From positions 1 through 55,330 of the IMG/VR virus record IMGVR_UViG_3300003267_000247: a stretch of 55,330 bases of DNA. One strand, written 5' to 3'. Origin of the DNA: a virus (lineage: Duplodnaviria; Caudoviricetes). This document shows, one piece after another, positions 29,505-39,839 of the stretch (its first letter is position 1; every line of letters begins with the position of its first letter). Below the pieces are notes generated by a model. The model was not told the origin of the DNA, made no database searches, and saw only the letters and a program-made list of their open reading frames with translations. A program made the position numbers and the translations under genes.

Positions 29505-32179
29505 TATAAAGTATCCTCATCTTTTGTGTGAAGTGAAAGACCAACAGAATCGCGCAAACGTAATGCTCTATTTATTGTATTTTTAATAACTAGCCCTAGT
29601 GTACCAGTGTTGCGGTTCATTGCACTAAACTGAATAAAGCCGAATATGTTGGTAATCAAAGACATAGAACTACTAATAACTACTGAAAAAGCTTTATCAA
29701 TGCTCTTTGTAAGTACAGCAGATGTAGGTACTATGGTATTGAACGTTTTTTGTATTGACTTTAATAATGCTATTGATACATTCTCTGTTATTATAAATAC
29801 TTTCGCTGTTTGTTTTGCTAGTAGTGTGTTTGTAGCTATTGATACACTGAATAACTTATTTACAGTTTTTGTAAAAGTTATAATACTATCTACATTTACA
29901 GTAAGTACTTTGATTGCTTGTAACTGCATTGTTGTTGCAACTGAACTTGTTACAGAAACAACCTTCGTATAGAGTGAACCACCAAGAATAATAACATTAT
30001 TTGTTGCCGTTACTGTGATTGTATATGCTATATTTTTTACAAGAGCAAAAACTGTAGTTATTGCTACAGCAATAGTCTTATTCACAGAACGAGATAGTGT
30101 TACTGTACTATCAACACTCACACTAATAATGCGGCCAACTGTGTATACAGTAGATAGTGATACACTGTTACCGACTGATGTTGATATGCTTTTTATTGCT
30201 TGTTTTACAACTGATACTACGTTACTTACTGTACTTGTTATTGTTTTTGTTGCTTGCTTCGTAAGTACTACTGTGCTTGCTGCTGTACTTGTAATGCTCT
30301 TACCAACAGAACGCAACACTGCTAATGTACTACCAGCGGTTGCTGAAATAATCTTTACACCTTGCTTTGCAAGTGTGGCCGTTGGCGTATTGCTCATTGT
30401 AAGAACTTTGCCAACTGATCGTACGAGTGTTAAGGTGCTAGCTTCTGTTGCTGAAATGATTTTTCCAACTGATCGTATGGCTGTTACTGTAGTGCCTTGA
30501 GTTATAGAAATAATCTTACCGGCTGATTTTAGTATCGTAGCTGCGTTTGCAGCAGTAAAGCTTATCACATGCGCTACTTGTTTTATTACGGTAAACGTTG
30601 GTGTGTTTGTAATACTTGTTATTTTACCAACTGAGCGTACTATTGTTCTAGCTGTTGCTGATGTAGCATTTACGATTTTATTCGTTGATCGTAACACTGT
30701 AACTGCATTTGCAGCAGTGAACGCAATACTTTTCACAGTTGTGATAGCACGTGCCATGGTCATAGCACTTGCCGCCGTGAATGCAACAGCCTTTACTACT
30801 TGTTTCAGCAGGCTAAAACTTGGTGTATTACTAAAACTAAGAATCTTACCAGTTGATCGTAACATGGTAAACGTTGACGCGCGTGTAATCGACGTTACTT
30901 TACCAGTTTGCCGTACCATCGCAAATGATGATCCTTCTGTAGCAGATACCTTTTTACCACTTGATCGCACCATGGTAAAGGTTGTGCCAGATGTAGCAGT
31001 TACACTTTGGTTTGTAGTAGTACCAGACAGCTCTAACGAGAATGCAACAAGCGTTCTTTCTTGTACACGTAACGTTGTACCAGCAACCATTGTTACATCA
31101 AGGTTAATCGTGCGCGATGCCCCTGAGCTTAACTGTTTTTGCTTGAAAATGTTTTCCGGTACAATATCTGTCGCATCCCATGAATCTTGTCCTGGGTCTG
31201 TTGTTACATTTGGATCACTTGCTAAACCACCGCCTGATGCGTTAATCTGCAAACGCATATTAAGATCATCAGTAAGTGTACCAACATCATTCGATAGATA
31301 GCCCCAAATAAACCAATCACCTGTTACACTTGGAGTTGGTGCTACGGTGCGTGTTGTTGTCCATGTAGGACTCGCTGCCGGTGTATCTTGTGCTGCTGCG
31401 CTTGAAAACGAGTGCTGTGAAAAACGATTAAGCCGTAAAGCAAATATACGATTACTGTATACGGTACCTGCTGTGGTTTCGTGGCTAAAGCGCATAGAAA
31501 ACGTATGACTTGCATTTGTCGGCGTTACCGTCGTCATGAGCAAGTGCCCACGTTTATCGTTCGTTACATCTTCACCTTCAATGTCAACAGATACTAAAGC
31601 ACCGGCTACACTATCGTTGATATCCATCAAATAGTTTGCGGTTGCACTGCCTGGGAGCTGCATTGCATTACCGATGATTAACCAATCATCGGTACCATTT
31701 GGTGTAAATGTAACACTTGCCTTTGATACTTTTGATCCTGTTGTAGTGTAATCGGTTGTATCTTCTGTATAGTACCACTCAGTATTTTGTGCGCCAACAT
31801 CATCAAGATTAAGTGCAAATATCTGCCCTAGATCACATGTACCTGTACCTGTAGAAGAAATAGAAATCTGTAATGTTACGGCTTCTGCGGTACCTGGCTG
31901 TGTAAACACATACATCCAACCAAAGTTTGTCTTTTGGTTATCTGCGGTTAACTCAGCAGCAAGTGATGCATCAGTAAACTCTGTTGGTGTTGATCCATGT
32001 ACAAGGCGCATGCGCACTTCGTTCAATGAGGAAGTATAGCGCGCAAACGCGCTTGCAAGGATAAGATATTGTTTTCCAGCAGTAAAACTACCTGCTGAAA
32101 TACTACAAACGTCTACCCACGTCGTAGATGTGGCAGTAACAGCGGTACCTTCTGCGTATGCGCTCTGTGCTGCTGCCAT
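29504..32179 (-). CDS. large virion fibre-like protein with ~18-aa tandem repeats in its C-terminal half
   Basis: Repeats such as MVRSSGKKVSATEGSSFA / MVRQTGKVTSITRASTFT / MLRSTGKILSFSNTPSFS. Confidence 0.7.
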   Translation of the reverse strand: MAAAQSAYAEGTAVTATSTTWVDVCSISAGSFTAGKQYLILASAFARYTSSLNEVRMRLVHGSTPTEFTDASLAAELTADNQKTNFGWMYVFTQPGTAEAVTLQISISSTGTGTCDLGQIFALNLDDVGAQNTEWYYTEDTTDYTTTGSKVSKASVTFTPNGTDDWLIIGNAMQLPGSATANYLMDINDSVAGALVSVDIEGEDVTNDKRGHLLMTTVTPTNASHTFSMRFSHETTAGTVYSNRIFALRLNRFSQHSFSSAAAQDTPAASPTWTTTRTVAPTPSVTGDWFIWGYLSNDVGTLTDDLNMRLQINASGGGLASDPNVTTDPGQDSWDATDIVPENIFKQKQLSSGASRTINLDVTMVAGTTLRVQERTLVAFSLELSGTTTNQSVTATSGTTFTMVRSSGKKVSATEGSSFAMVRQTGKVTSITRASTFTMLRSTGKILSFSNTPSFSLLKQVVKAVAFTAASAMTMARAITTVKSIAFTAANAVTVLRSTNKIVNATSATARTIVRSVGKITSITNTPTFTVIKQVAHVISFTAANAATILKSAGKIISITQGTTVTAIRSVGKIISATEASTLTLVRSVGKVLTMSNTPTATLAKQGVKIISATAGSTLAVLRSVGKSITSTAASTVVLTKQATKTITSTVSNVVSVVKQAIKSISTSVGNSVSLSTVYTVGRIISVSVDSTVTLSRSVNKTIAVAITTVFALVKNIAYTITVTATNNVIILGGSLYTKVVSVTSSVATTMQLQAIKVLTVNVDSIITFTKTVNKLFSVSIATNTLLAKQTAKVFIITENVSIALLKSIQKTFNTIVPTSAVLTKSIDKAFSVVISSSMSLITNIFGFIQFSAMNRNTGTLGLVIKNTINRALRLRDSVGLSLHTKDEDTL

Positions 32180-32195
32180 ATATTTTTACCTACGT

Positions 32196-32555
32196 TTACG
32201 TGAACTGCAAATTGAAGGTGAAAGCAATGCTATCGCCGCTTGCAAGGTTAATTGTTGAAAAATCACCTTTTACGAGCAAGTTACCGGCTGATGATGCATC
32301 AAATACACCCGCATTTGTTACAGCGCGTGTTGCGGTTGCTGTTACAGTACCAACAACACGATATGTATCGTTTGTTACCGATGTTGTCTGTTGTGATTGT
32401 GTACCGCTTGTACGTGTTTCTACTTCTGTAAACAGCGTTGTATCAGCAGCAGCAGCGGTACCTGCTCCTGTGCCCATTGCTACATACTTTGCAGTAGATG
32501 ATGCTAGTGCTGATGTAATAATCGCGCGCCCTGCATTTGTTAAAACTGATGCCAT
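32196..32555 (-). CDS. collar/fibre-base-like structural protein (DUF3751-like)
   Basis: VLTNAGR..YVAMGTG..DTTLFTE..VTNAGVFDA..GNLL pattern. Confidence 0.62.
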   Translation of the reverse strand: MASVLTNAGRAIITSALASSTAKYVAMGTGAGTAAAADTTLFTEVETRTSGTQSQQTTSVTNDTYRVVGTVTATATRAVTNAGVFDASSAGNLLVKGDFSTINLASGDSIAFTFNLQFT

Positions 32556-32567
32556 GTTTTCTCCAAG

Positions 32568-32777
32568 TTAATGTATATTTCTAAGTACTCGTAAACGATC
32601 GCGTAGGATTTTTAGTTTGAGTACGATATTTTTAAAAGGGTTACGATTCCAACCGGCAACAATACCTTGTGGTTCTACATCACCATTGGCACGAATAACA
32701 GTTGCTTCGATTGTAAATCCCTTAAGTTTTGTTGATGCCATTAATGCATCAATTTGATCTTGTGTTAGGTTTTGCAT
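32568..32777 (-). CDS. hypothetical protein
   Basis: 69-aa ORF coupled in the structural operon. Confidence 0.6.
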   Translation of the reverse strand: MQNLTQDQIDALMASTKLKGFTIEATVIRANGDVEPQGIVAGWNRNPFKNIVLKLKILRDRLRVLRNIH

Positions 32778-33115
32778 TATACACCTAGTTCCTTACGCAC
32801 ATGGAATAAAATATCTACAGCATTCAACGCAGGTGTTAAATACGGTTGCGCTGGCATAAAAATAGTACCGTACTCCTGTGCTATTGCTCGTTCGTCTGGT
32901 AAACCTTCACCAAATGTAATAATAACTGAATGATTACTTACTGCTTGCACTTTCCCTGATTCATTCAAGTGACCGCCGCGCCCGTCACCAACAGGTGCTA
33001 ATGATGCCGCAGCATCGCGTACCTCTTGTGCGCCACGAATAAGTGCAGGAAGCATATTCTGTTTGATTGTAGCCTGTAAGCGCATGATTCCGTCGTTGTT
33101 AAATGTTATTGGCAC
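32777..33115 (-). CDS. HK97 gp10-like neck/tail component
   Basis: APVGDG..GHLNES..QEYGTIFMPAQPYLTPA signature. Confidence 0.82.
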   Translation of the reverse strand: MPITFNNDGIMRLQATIKQNMLPALIRGAQEVRDAAASLAPVGDGRGGHLNESGKVQAVSNHSVIITFGEGLPDERAIAQEYGTIFMPAQPYLTPALNAVDILFHVRKELGV

Positions 33116-33513
33116 TATAGTGACTCCTTGATTGCAATAATGAACGCGCCCATGTATTTATTAAATGGCGGCACGAAAATAACATCAAATCGCCGTGTAC
33201 CGTTTTCATCGGTAAACTCTATACGATCATCTACTTCTACAACAGTACCATAGGGTAGTTGCAAGCGATAAATACCAGTAAACTGTGTTTGTGCGGGTGT
33301 TCTTTCCTGTGCTGCAATGTTTGCACGGTCACTACCACTTCTGATAATCAACCGACATGCAAGTTCATCACCGGCGCTATATACAGGAATGCTTTCACCT
33401 TTTACAATCGTCTCACCTTCCTTGCGCTTAAGTACACATGTGTCAATCAAAAATGCTTCTGCGGCTGCTCTAATCTCTAAAACGTTTTGCTCAATCGCTG
33501 CTTGAAAGCTCAT
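33115..33513 (-). CDS. head-closure (stopper) protein, DUF6093/gp16-like
   Basis: FLIDTCVLKR..YRLQLPYGTVVEVDDRI pattern; synteny. Confidence 0.68.
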   Translation of the reverse strand: MSFQAAIEQNVLEIRAAAEAFLIDTCVLKRKEGETIVKGESIPVYSAGDELACRLIIRSGSDRANIAAQERTPAQTQFTGIYRLQLPYGTVVEVDDRIEFTDENGTRRFDVIFVPPFNKYMGAFIIAIKESL

Positions 33514-34021
33514 TAATACGACTCTCTATTGCTTTAATGATACTTATTGGGCGATCTAAATCTTTTGCAGCTTCAAGAACACGATTTAACGTAATAATAC
33601 TGGTAATGTCATTAATACGCTTCTTTAGTGCTGTTACCTGTTTAATGCTTGCTACTGAAAACACATTTGTATCGATAAGTGCATTATCTGTATTTATAGC
33701 AGGCGCTTCACCTTCGTATGGAATAAGCAAACCGGCTTCTATTGCAGCTTTATTTAATCGCTCGAATAAGCGTACCTCTACATCACTGTATAACTCCACT
33801 ACTTCATCTGCGTACGAAAAAGCAACACGATCAAGCGTTGGTTTTTCGCCGTCTGTCCATGTTTGTTTAAAGCTGCTTGTTGGTGATACAAGTAACCAAT
33901 CGATTCTATTCTCTGGCCGATGCGGATCGAGTCTCAGCCCTGTAAGTACACTAGGAACTGTTTTTTCGTATCTTTTTATAATACGATCTTCAAATTCAAT
34001 ATATTGATGATTTTTTGACAT
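33491..34021 (-). CDS. hypothetical protein
   Basis: 176-aa ORF with AAAGGA SD after the capsid gene. Confidence 0.7.
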   Translation of the reverse strand: MSKNHQYIEFEDRIIKRYEKTVPSVLTGLRLDPHRPENRIDWLLVSPTSSFKQTWTDGEKPTLDRVAFSYADEVVELYSDVEVRLFERLNKAAIEAGLLIPYEGEAPAINTDNALIDTNVFSVASIKQVTALKKRINDITSIITLNRVLEAAKDLDRPISIIKAIESRINELSSSD

Positions 34022-34072
34022 GATATTTTATCCTTTCAGTTACTACGCCCGCCTTTTATGGTAGGGAACGCC

Positions 34073-34140
34073 AAAAAACCACGGTTTGTATACACTGAAC
34101 GCGGCTGTATAAGTCGCTTACGGTATATACAAACCGTGGT
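34073..34140 (-). terminator. long hairpin/terminator after the major capsid gene
   Basis: 15-bp perfect inverted repeat ACCACGGTTTGTATA (34078-34092 / 34126-34140) then a U-run on the minus strand. Confidence 0.75.
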
Positions 34141-34152
34141 AATCTTATTTAG

Positions 34153-35130
34153 TTATGTGTTTGTTTTGATAACAGCGATTGCTTCAACGTCGTCCACAAT
34201 CATACCGTATGCCTGCCATGCATGCAATACGTAGTTAGGTGGCTGTGTTGTAGGATCGGTGTAATCTTGATACTCGGTTGCGCCCATTAACGCGATTTCA
34301 CCAGCTTGATCGCCAATAACCACAACACGATCGGTTGGGATCATACGCTGTGACGCATTACGCAACCCGCCAGTAGCACCGGCAGGTAAGCGATTGCGGT
34401 AAACCTGTGGAAGTTCAATCAAAGGAATACCAGCATAAGTTGATACCTTACGGCTATTAGTAAACTCGTTGAATGCTTCCTGATTTACAAATGCTACTCT
34501 TGCAGGATCACTTGCTGATAGCGCAAACTCGCGGTACTGTGCAAAGGTGTATACAGGCAAAAGGGCACGGCGTGAGCCGATGATTGCACGAACACTACCA
34601 GTATAATCTAGCAATGTTTCAATCGTATTATCAAGCGCTGTTGCGGTAATACCTGTTGAACTTGCATCAACAAAGTTGTTTGGTGTATCGGTACTATTCC
34701 ATACCGTTGCTAGGAGCGTAAATACACGTGATACAAGTTCATCAAAAATATCTGCGCGTAGCTCATTTCTGAACTGATCAGTTGTACCTACTTCACCTGA
34801 CTGGATTTCCCATAGGTTATGTGATGTACCTGCAATCAAGCGATCAAACATATACGTTTGACTTTCTACGAATGACAATACATCATGTAGGTGCTTGCTG
34901 CCAGGTACCATAGTACGTACTGGATATCTACCGCGACGAACACGTTTGCCAATACGATCGCCAATGTTAAACTGACGTGTAGGCATGAATGCACTAAAGA
35001 GATCCAAACTTAGGTGATTTGGTTCTACAATAGTCATAATAAGATCAGCAAAAGCTGATCGTTGATTTGGGGCAACACCCGCGCTAGCCGCGCGCTCTGC
35101 GATTGCTAGTTTTAATGCTTCTCTATCCAT
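34153..35130 (-). CDS. major capsid protein
   Basis: 325 aa, follows scaffold and decoration genes, YAGIPLIELP and WQAYGMIV..IAVIK HK97-fold-like ends, strong terminator. Confidence 0.8.
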   Translation of the reverse strand: MDREALKLAIAERAASAGVAPNQRSAFADLIMTIVEPNHLSLDLFSAFMPTRQFNIGDRIGKRVRRGRYPVRTMVPGSKHLHDVLSFVESQTYMFDRLIAGTSHNLWEIQSGEVGTTDQFRNELRADIFDELVSRVFTLLATVWNSTDTPNNFVDASSTGITATALDNTIETLLDYTGSVRAIIGSRRALLPVYTFAQYREFALSASDPARVAFVNQEAFNEFTNSRKVSTYAGIPLIELPQVYRNRLPAGATGGLRNASQRMIPTDRVVVIGDQAGEIALMGATEYQDYTDPTTQPPNYVLHAWQAYGMIVDDVEAIAVIKTNT

Positions 35131-35139
35131 TATTACCTC

Positions 35140-35679
35140 TTAATGCCACAATGTGAAGATAAGCACGTCATTTACAGGGCTGTATTCTTCGGTTACACCA
35201 ACTGCTTCCGCTTCTGTTGCTGTATATTCCCAAAGACCGCCAGTACCAACGCGAATCATGTTGCCAGGAACGCGAATGTTTGCACTCATAATATACGCAC
35301 CACTTGGTACCGCAAAAGTACCACCGCGCATCATAAGTGCCAGTTCACCACTTACAAGTGTAGGATTCCACAAAGTAGACTTACCTACCAAGTAGTTTGT
35401 TTCGGTACGTACAGGATCACTAAATCCTGAGTTCTGATTAAACGTTACACGTGCTGGCGCTGTGTACAGTCCTTCTAGTGTAGGACGTGCAAAATCATCA
35501 GGGCTTTTGAAAACAATACCAATTGTATTGACATTGTTTTGTGAAGCCTTCATGAATACAGGAAGTTCACCATGAACACCTGCGCCACTTGTGGTTAGTT
35601 TAACGGCTGTACCTTCTTGCATGCTTTCACCAACTACGCCCCCGCGAACGTAATCAGCAAGTCTTGCTACGTATGCCAT
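35140..35679 (-). CDS. capsid decoration/cement protein
   Basis: Between scaffold and capsid; Gly-rich beta-type sequence. Confidence 0.6.
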   Translation of the reverse strand: MAYVARLADYVRGGVVGESMQEGTAVKLTTSGAGVHGELPVFMKASQNNVNTIGIVFKSPDDFARPTLEGLYTAPARVTFNQNSGFSDPVRTETNYLVGKSTLWNPTLVSGELALMMRGGTFAVPSGAYIMSANIRVPGNMIRVGTGGLWEYTATEAEAVGVTEEYSPVNDVLIFTLWH

Positions 35680-35700
35680 AATACCTCAAATTTATTATTA

Positions 35701-36852
35701 TTATTTGCCGCGCGTTTCTTTGTTAAAAGCGCTAGCTAGTTCTTTGTTGGTCAGTGTTTGACCATCTGTTGAAAGCGGCTCTGGAATACCACCGGCATTT
35801 AGCGATGATTCTGCCTTTTTACCGCTTGCGTTACGTACCGCAGTAAGATCAGCAATATACTGATCAAATACGATTGCTGACATGCTAAGATACAGATCAG
35901 GGTTTGCGTCAAATGAAATGCTTACTGTCTCTAATGCTGTTTTGCGTGTTGAACGTAACTCGGCTTCTGCCGCTTCTTTTTCTTTCTTTTCTTGTTCTTC
36001 TTTTAGCTGTGTTAGCTCTGCTTGCACAGTTGCAAGATCGGTTGTTAGCTGACTCTTCTCTGATTCACTTAGCCCTAGCTTCGTAGACATCTCATTGATA
36101 CGATCAGCGATTTTACCTAGTTTCTCAGCAAACGATGTTGCGATTGCGCCGATATCTTTTTCTACGGTTTGCGCTTCTATTTCAAATGTTTTGTTGAATA
36201 GTGCATCTACACCATCCCATAGTTGAAAAAGAAGATCACTTACATTACTAAGATCGGTGCGCAATGTGTCAATCTCTGTCTCTGAGTTTGCTACATTATC
36301 CGCCATAATGTTGTTATTCGTCTCCAAATTATCTTTATGCAAATGTTCTGCGATTGCAAGAATACGTGTTCGTGTTGGCCCGTATGCTGGTACTTTCACA
36401 ACACATGTTCCACCAAAAACGCATCCGTGTAACCACTCATTACCATCCGCATCAACGGTACTATCTTCAAAATATATTTCCCAAGATGTACCAACACCCT
36501 CACTAAACGCAACTTTTAAATGATCTGCAATGGGTTCATAAAGATCCGCCCAAATAACACCTTCTGCGGCGATAACTGGACGCCCTTCATCAGTAGACTC
36601 AAATACACGCGTAATTGGGCCTAATGGTACTGCACCAATGTGACCTGCATAATCTACACCGTCAAAGTTTATCTTGATTGGTTGATTCATTGCAGTTGCA
36701 AGTATATTCTGCTTTTCCGTTTCGGGGATTCCTTGTTTATTACCATTCGGTAAGAAGTCAGTCAGAATGAGGGATAACTTTGTTTGTAGAGGGTGACTTA
36801 CATCTGCAACAGCGCGAATATAGCCATTTACAATAACTTTATTCTTTGTCAA
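35701..36852 (-). CDS. prohead protease-scaffold fusion (likely TTG start 36852)
   Basis: N-terminal PNGNK..GHIGAVPLG..GTSWEI..FGGTC..PAYG protease-like domain, C-terminal coiled coil; AAAGGTGG SD. Confidence 0.75.
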   Translation of the reverse strand: MTKNKVIVNGYIRAVADVSHPLQTKLSLILTDFLPNGNKQGIPETEKQNILATAMNQPIKINFDGVDYAGHIGAVPLGPITRVFESTDEGRPVIAAEGVIWADLYEPIADHLKVAFSEGVGTSWEIYFEDSTVDADGNEWLHGCVFGGTCVVKVPAYGPTRTRILAIAEHLHKDNLETNNNIMADNVANSETEIDTLRTDLSNVSDLLFQLWDGVDALFNKTFEIEAQTVEKDIGAIATSFAEKLGKIADRINEMSTKLGLSESEKSQLTTDLATVQAELTQLKEEQEKKEKEAAEAELRSTRKTALETVSISFDANPDLYLSMSAIVFDQYIADLTAVRNASGKKAESSLNAGGIPEPLSTDGQTLTNKELASAFNKETRGK

Positions 36853-36935
36853 TGCATCACCACCTTTAATCTTGTGGCAAAATAAAAAGCACCCTTCGCA
36901 GGATGCTTTGTGTAAAAAATATCTATTCAATTTTA

Positions 36936-37766
36936 CTAATCAAGTTTTGAAACAGGTATACGGCTAGCATGTGCTGTCTCTTTGTAATCACAGTTAGTGC
37001 GTTGATAATCAAGATTATTGCGCTTTAGTATGTTTCTAACGGTAATATACTGTATGCCTGTAAACTTAGCAATACGGCGCAAAGATGCACATGGGTTATT
37101 AATAGAATAATCTATAACTGCCTGATGTTGATCTTTTGGTAGTTCTGGCCGTCCTACACGATCTCTAACTGGCAAACCTAGTTCTAGTTTACGCTCTTTG
37201 TTACGTTTTCTATTACTATTACGTCGTTGATCAATTCTTTCTTTCTGTAAATCTGTTAACTCGTATGCGCGTGTCCAACCTTTTAGCGTGTTTTGATAAC
37301 CATTTAATAAGTTATATAGTTGCATTGTTGAAACATTCATTTGTGTTCTTGCAAAATGAGCCGCATTAGTAATTGGGCCAATTTTTTCTCCGTCTGGACT
37401 GTATACATAATAGTTTTTAGTGCGTACGGTTGTAACTCTGCCAGCCGTACTATTAGCAACCGGATTTATATTATAGTTACCGTTACCAAAAAATATATCT
37501 AAATAAAACTGCTCTGCTTCTATAATGTTAGATTCATCATCAATTACTTCTAAAATCATAAACTCAAACATTGGTTCGCCATATTTATTCCAAGCGGCTT
37601 GTAAGTAGGGATTACCATGTTTTTGATTACGCAAGTTATCAACATGACTTTTCCAACGATCTTTAAACGTAACATGCGTGCTACCTACATATACTTTTCC
37701 ATTTGCATGATTAACAATAAGGTATACACCACGTTGTTTTAACTCAACACGATCTTTTTTTGTCAT
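36936..37766 (-). CDS. free-standing GIY-YIG homing endonuclease with NUMOD-like and HTH segments
   Basis: GVYLIVNHANGKVYVGST, RWKSH, HGNPYLQAAWNKYG, EQFYLD, YNINPVA. Confidence 0.9.
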   Translation of the reverse strand: MTKKDRVELKQRGVYLIVNHANGKVYVGSTHVTFKDRWKSHVDNLRNQKHGNPYLQAAWNKYGEPMFEFMILEVIDDESNIIEAEQFYLDIFFGNGNYNINPVANSTAGRVTTVRTKNYYVYSPDGEKIGPITNAAHFARTQMNVSTMQLYNLLNGYQNTLKGWTRAYELTDLQKERIDQRRNSNRKRNKERKLELGLPVRDRVGRPELPKDQHQAVIDYSINNPCASLRRIAKFTGIQYITVRNILKRNNLDYQRTNCDYKETAHASRIPVSKLD

Positions 37767-38206
37767 AAAATAGGTACCTTATCTGGAAATACACTTGCAC
37801 GGTATGCTTTTAGTATTCTACGTACTGTAAGGTACTTTACTCGATTATTCATACGTTTTGATATCTGGCGCAAAGATAATCGTCGTCCAAATCCTTGTTC
37901 CTCTCTGGAAACTGATTCATCGTAAATAGAAAGTACTTCGTTTACAAGTATCCATCTTGTAGGAGGTCTACCAACTCCTTTCTTAACTGGTACTGTTGTT
38001 GATTCTATTTTCCCTTCTGCTTTTGTTATTCCTGTAAGTAACGTGAATGATTCTTGTCTATCTATCTCATCCTGTTTGCGTTGCATTCGCTCTAGTTCAA
38101 TAAACCAAGGCTCATGCATTTGATCCTTGTATTCTTGATAACAACGTGAGCAAAGCTTGTGCTGTGGTTTTAGTTGTGTGTTTGAGCACAGAACACATGT
38201 TTTCAT
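37763..38206 (-). CDS. Zn-finger + HTH DNA-binding protein (start ATG 38206)
   Basis: CVLC..LCSRC, GRPP, LSLRQISKRM..YLTVRRILK. Confidence 0.65.
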   Translation of the reverse strand: MKTCVLCSNTQLKPQHKLCSRCYQEYKDQMHEPWFIELERMQRKQDEIDRQESFTLLTGITKAEGKIESTTVPVKKGVGRPPTRWILVNEVLSIYDESVSREEQGFGRRLSLRQISKRMNNRVKYLTVRRILKAYRASVFPDKVPIL

Positions 38207-38234
38207 AAAGTTTTTCCGCCGTCTATTATACATG

Positions 38235-38565
38235 TATTATAGAATCATGTATATAATAGAATCATGTAAAAAAGAAAGAATATAAGAAAGAGAATATAGA
38301 ATAGAGCATATAGAAAAGATAAATAGTATATGTATAGTATCATGTTTCTAAATACAGAGAATAGAATCATGGATAATATATTCATGGGACTATTATTATT
38401 TTATATACACTATATACACTATATACTAGACTACTACGCGCTATTGGTATGTATAGATTCTTACTATGCACCAATAGTGATGCTTATATAGATGCTCCAT
38501 GAGCATCTTATAATGATCATCATATAGGTGCTTATAATAAGCATGATAATAAGCATCATGATAAA
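38235..38565. repeat. AT-rich non-coding region with iteron-like repeats; candidate replication origin
   Basis: ATAG(A/T)ATCATG at 38239, 38256, 38334, 38361; TATACACTA tandem near 38404-38425; located at the strand switch. Confidence 0.5.
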
Positions 38566-38593
38566 GTTGGGTCGTGGTGCGCCGATTATAAGG

Positions 38594-38622
38594 ATAATAC
38601 CACAAAAATCAAGGCTTGTCAA
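38594..38622 (-). promoter_or_regulatory. sigma70-type promoter TTGACA-17-TATTAT with extended -10 TG
   Basis: Points leftward across the AT-rich region toward the head genes. Confidence 0.65.
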
Positions 38623-38765
38623 GTACATGAAAACGGTGCTGTTTCAGCGCTACGGAATGCGGAAAACAGCCTATTACGTGTACATATATGTGTCAGTTGA
38701 CAACGACCAATTTTCATGATATACTACGAAGACTTGTGCCACTAGTTCATGAAAGGGTTAAAATC

Positions 38766-39206
38766 ATGTTAGGGATTATTCGAGTCAATGGACGAACGTA
38801 CCATGTACCACAAGAAGATTTTGCTATTACCAACGCATATGATAATCATCTCCATGTTTACCGCATTTCACTAGGTATACCAAACGTTGAAGGATTTGAA
38901 AAAGCGTTTGCTGCCATTGATCGATCAACGGATGGTGCATTTTTTGAAGGTAACATAGAGTTTATAGACAACAACGGCAAGTTACAAATGGCTATGGCGA
39001 TGGTTTCAAAAACAATCACACCTTTTGGCACATTTTATGAACTAGAGGCAGTACCAAGCGATACAAAGCTAGTAAAGGAAAACCATGAACAACATGATTA
39101 TAACAGGGGTAACAGCTCTACTGAAAGTAAAGCGCTTGACGGAGACAGCGCAGTTACCGCAACGAAAAAGCGAAGAAGCCGCAGGATTAGACCTATACGC
39201 GGATGA
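38766..39206 (+). CDS. hypothetical protein (likely start ATG 38766)
   Basis: GAAAGGG SD; 3' end overlaps dut by 122 nt. Confidence 0.6.
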   Translation: MLGIIRVNGRTYHVPQEDFAITNAYDNHLHVYRISLGIPNVEGFEKAFAAIDRSTDGAFFEGNIEFIDNNGKLQMAMAMVSKTITPFGTFYELEAVPSDTKLVKENHEQHDYNRGNSSTESKALDGDSAVTATKKRRSRRIRPIRG

Positions 39207-39537
39207 AGATGTACGTATTGCACTAGATGAAACCGCAAAGATAAAAACAGGTATTGCTATAGCGTTACCGCCTGGCACAGTAGGCTTGATCCTTGATCGT
39301 GGTTCAGTTGGTGCAAGCGGCGTGCATAACTTTGCCGGTGTTATAGATGCTGATTATCGCGGGGAAGTTATTGTAGTACAGCACAATGCAAGTGAAGTAC
39401 CAAGAGTTATTAGCTACGGTGATAGAATAGCGCAACTTGTGGTACTACCGTATATTAAACTTGAACCATATGAAGTACAGCAGCTAACCACTACACAACG
39501 TGGTAGTGGTGCTTTTGGTTCTACAGGAGTAAATTAG
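39085..39537 (+). CDS. dut: trimeric dUTPase
   Basis: AAGLDL, RGS, GVIDADYRGE, RIAQLV, RGSGAFGSTG motifs. Confidence 0.96.
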   Translation: MNNMIITGVTALLKVKRLTETAQLPQRKSEEAAGLDLYADEDVRIALDETAKIKTGIAIALPPGTVGLILDRGSVGASGVHNFAGVIDADYRGEVIVVQHNASEVPRVISYGDRIAQLVVLPYIKLEPYEVQQLTTTQRGSGAFGSTGVN

Positions 39538-39539
39538 AT

Positions 39540-39839
39540 ATGAAACTTGTCATTACATCAGCTCGCCCAATTAAACCGATGGTTATTCGGTTCTCAATTG
39601 AACTTTTTGATGATGAAGGTAATTTTACATCAGAATACGAGATTGCTACCGATGTTGAAGAATTTGTGCAATTTGAGCTACTTGAAGACCGTACAAATGT
39701 AAACATTGATGGTAGTGCAATTCAACAGCATCTAACAGATCAAGTTGTGCAAATGCAATTCACTGCAATGCTTGCAAGCAATTTTAATGGCCTAGAGTGG
39801 GAAGCATTAAACAATGACGAAAAACCAACTAAAGAATAG
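39540..39839 (+). CDS. hypothetical protein
   Basis: 99-aa ORF with AGGAG SD. Confidence 0.7.
   Translation: MKLVITSARPIKPMVIRFSIELFDDEGNFTSEYEIATDVEEFVQFELLEDRTNVNIDGSAIQQHLTDQVVQMQFTAMLASNFNGLEWEALNNDEKPTKE

Noticed and set aside
29646-34007. Plus-strand ORFs antisense to structural genes (e.g. 30603..31301, 33537..34007)
   Set aside because: Shadow frames of Thr/Val/Ala-rich genes, with no SD or recognisable motifs
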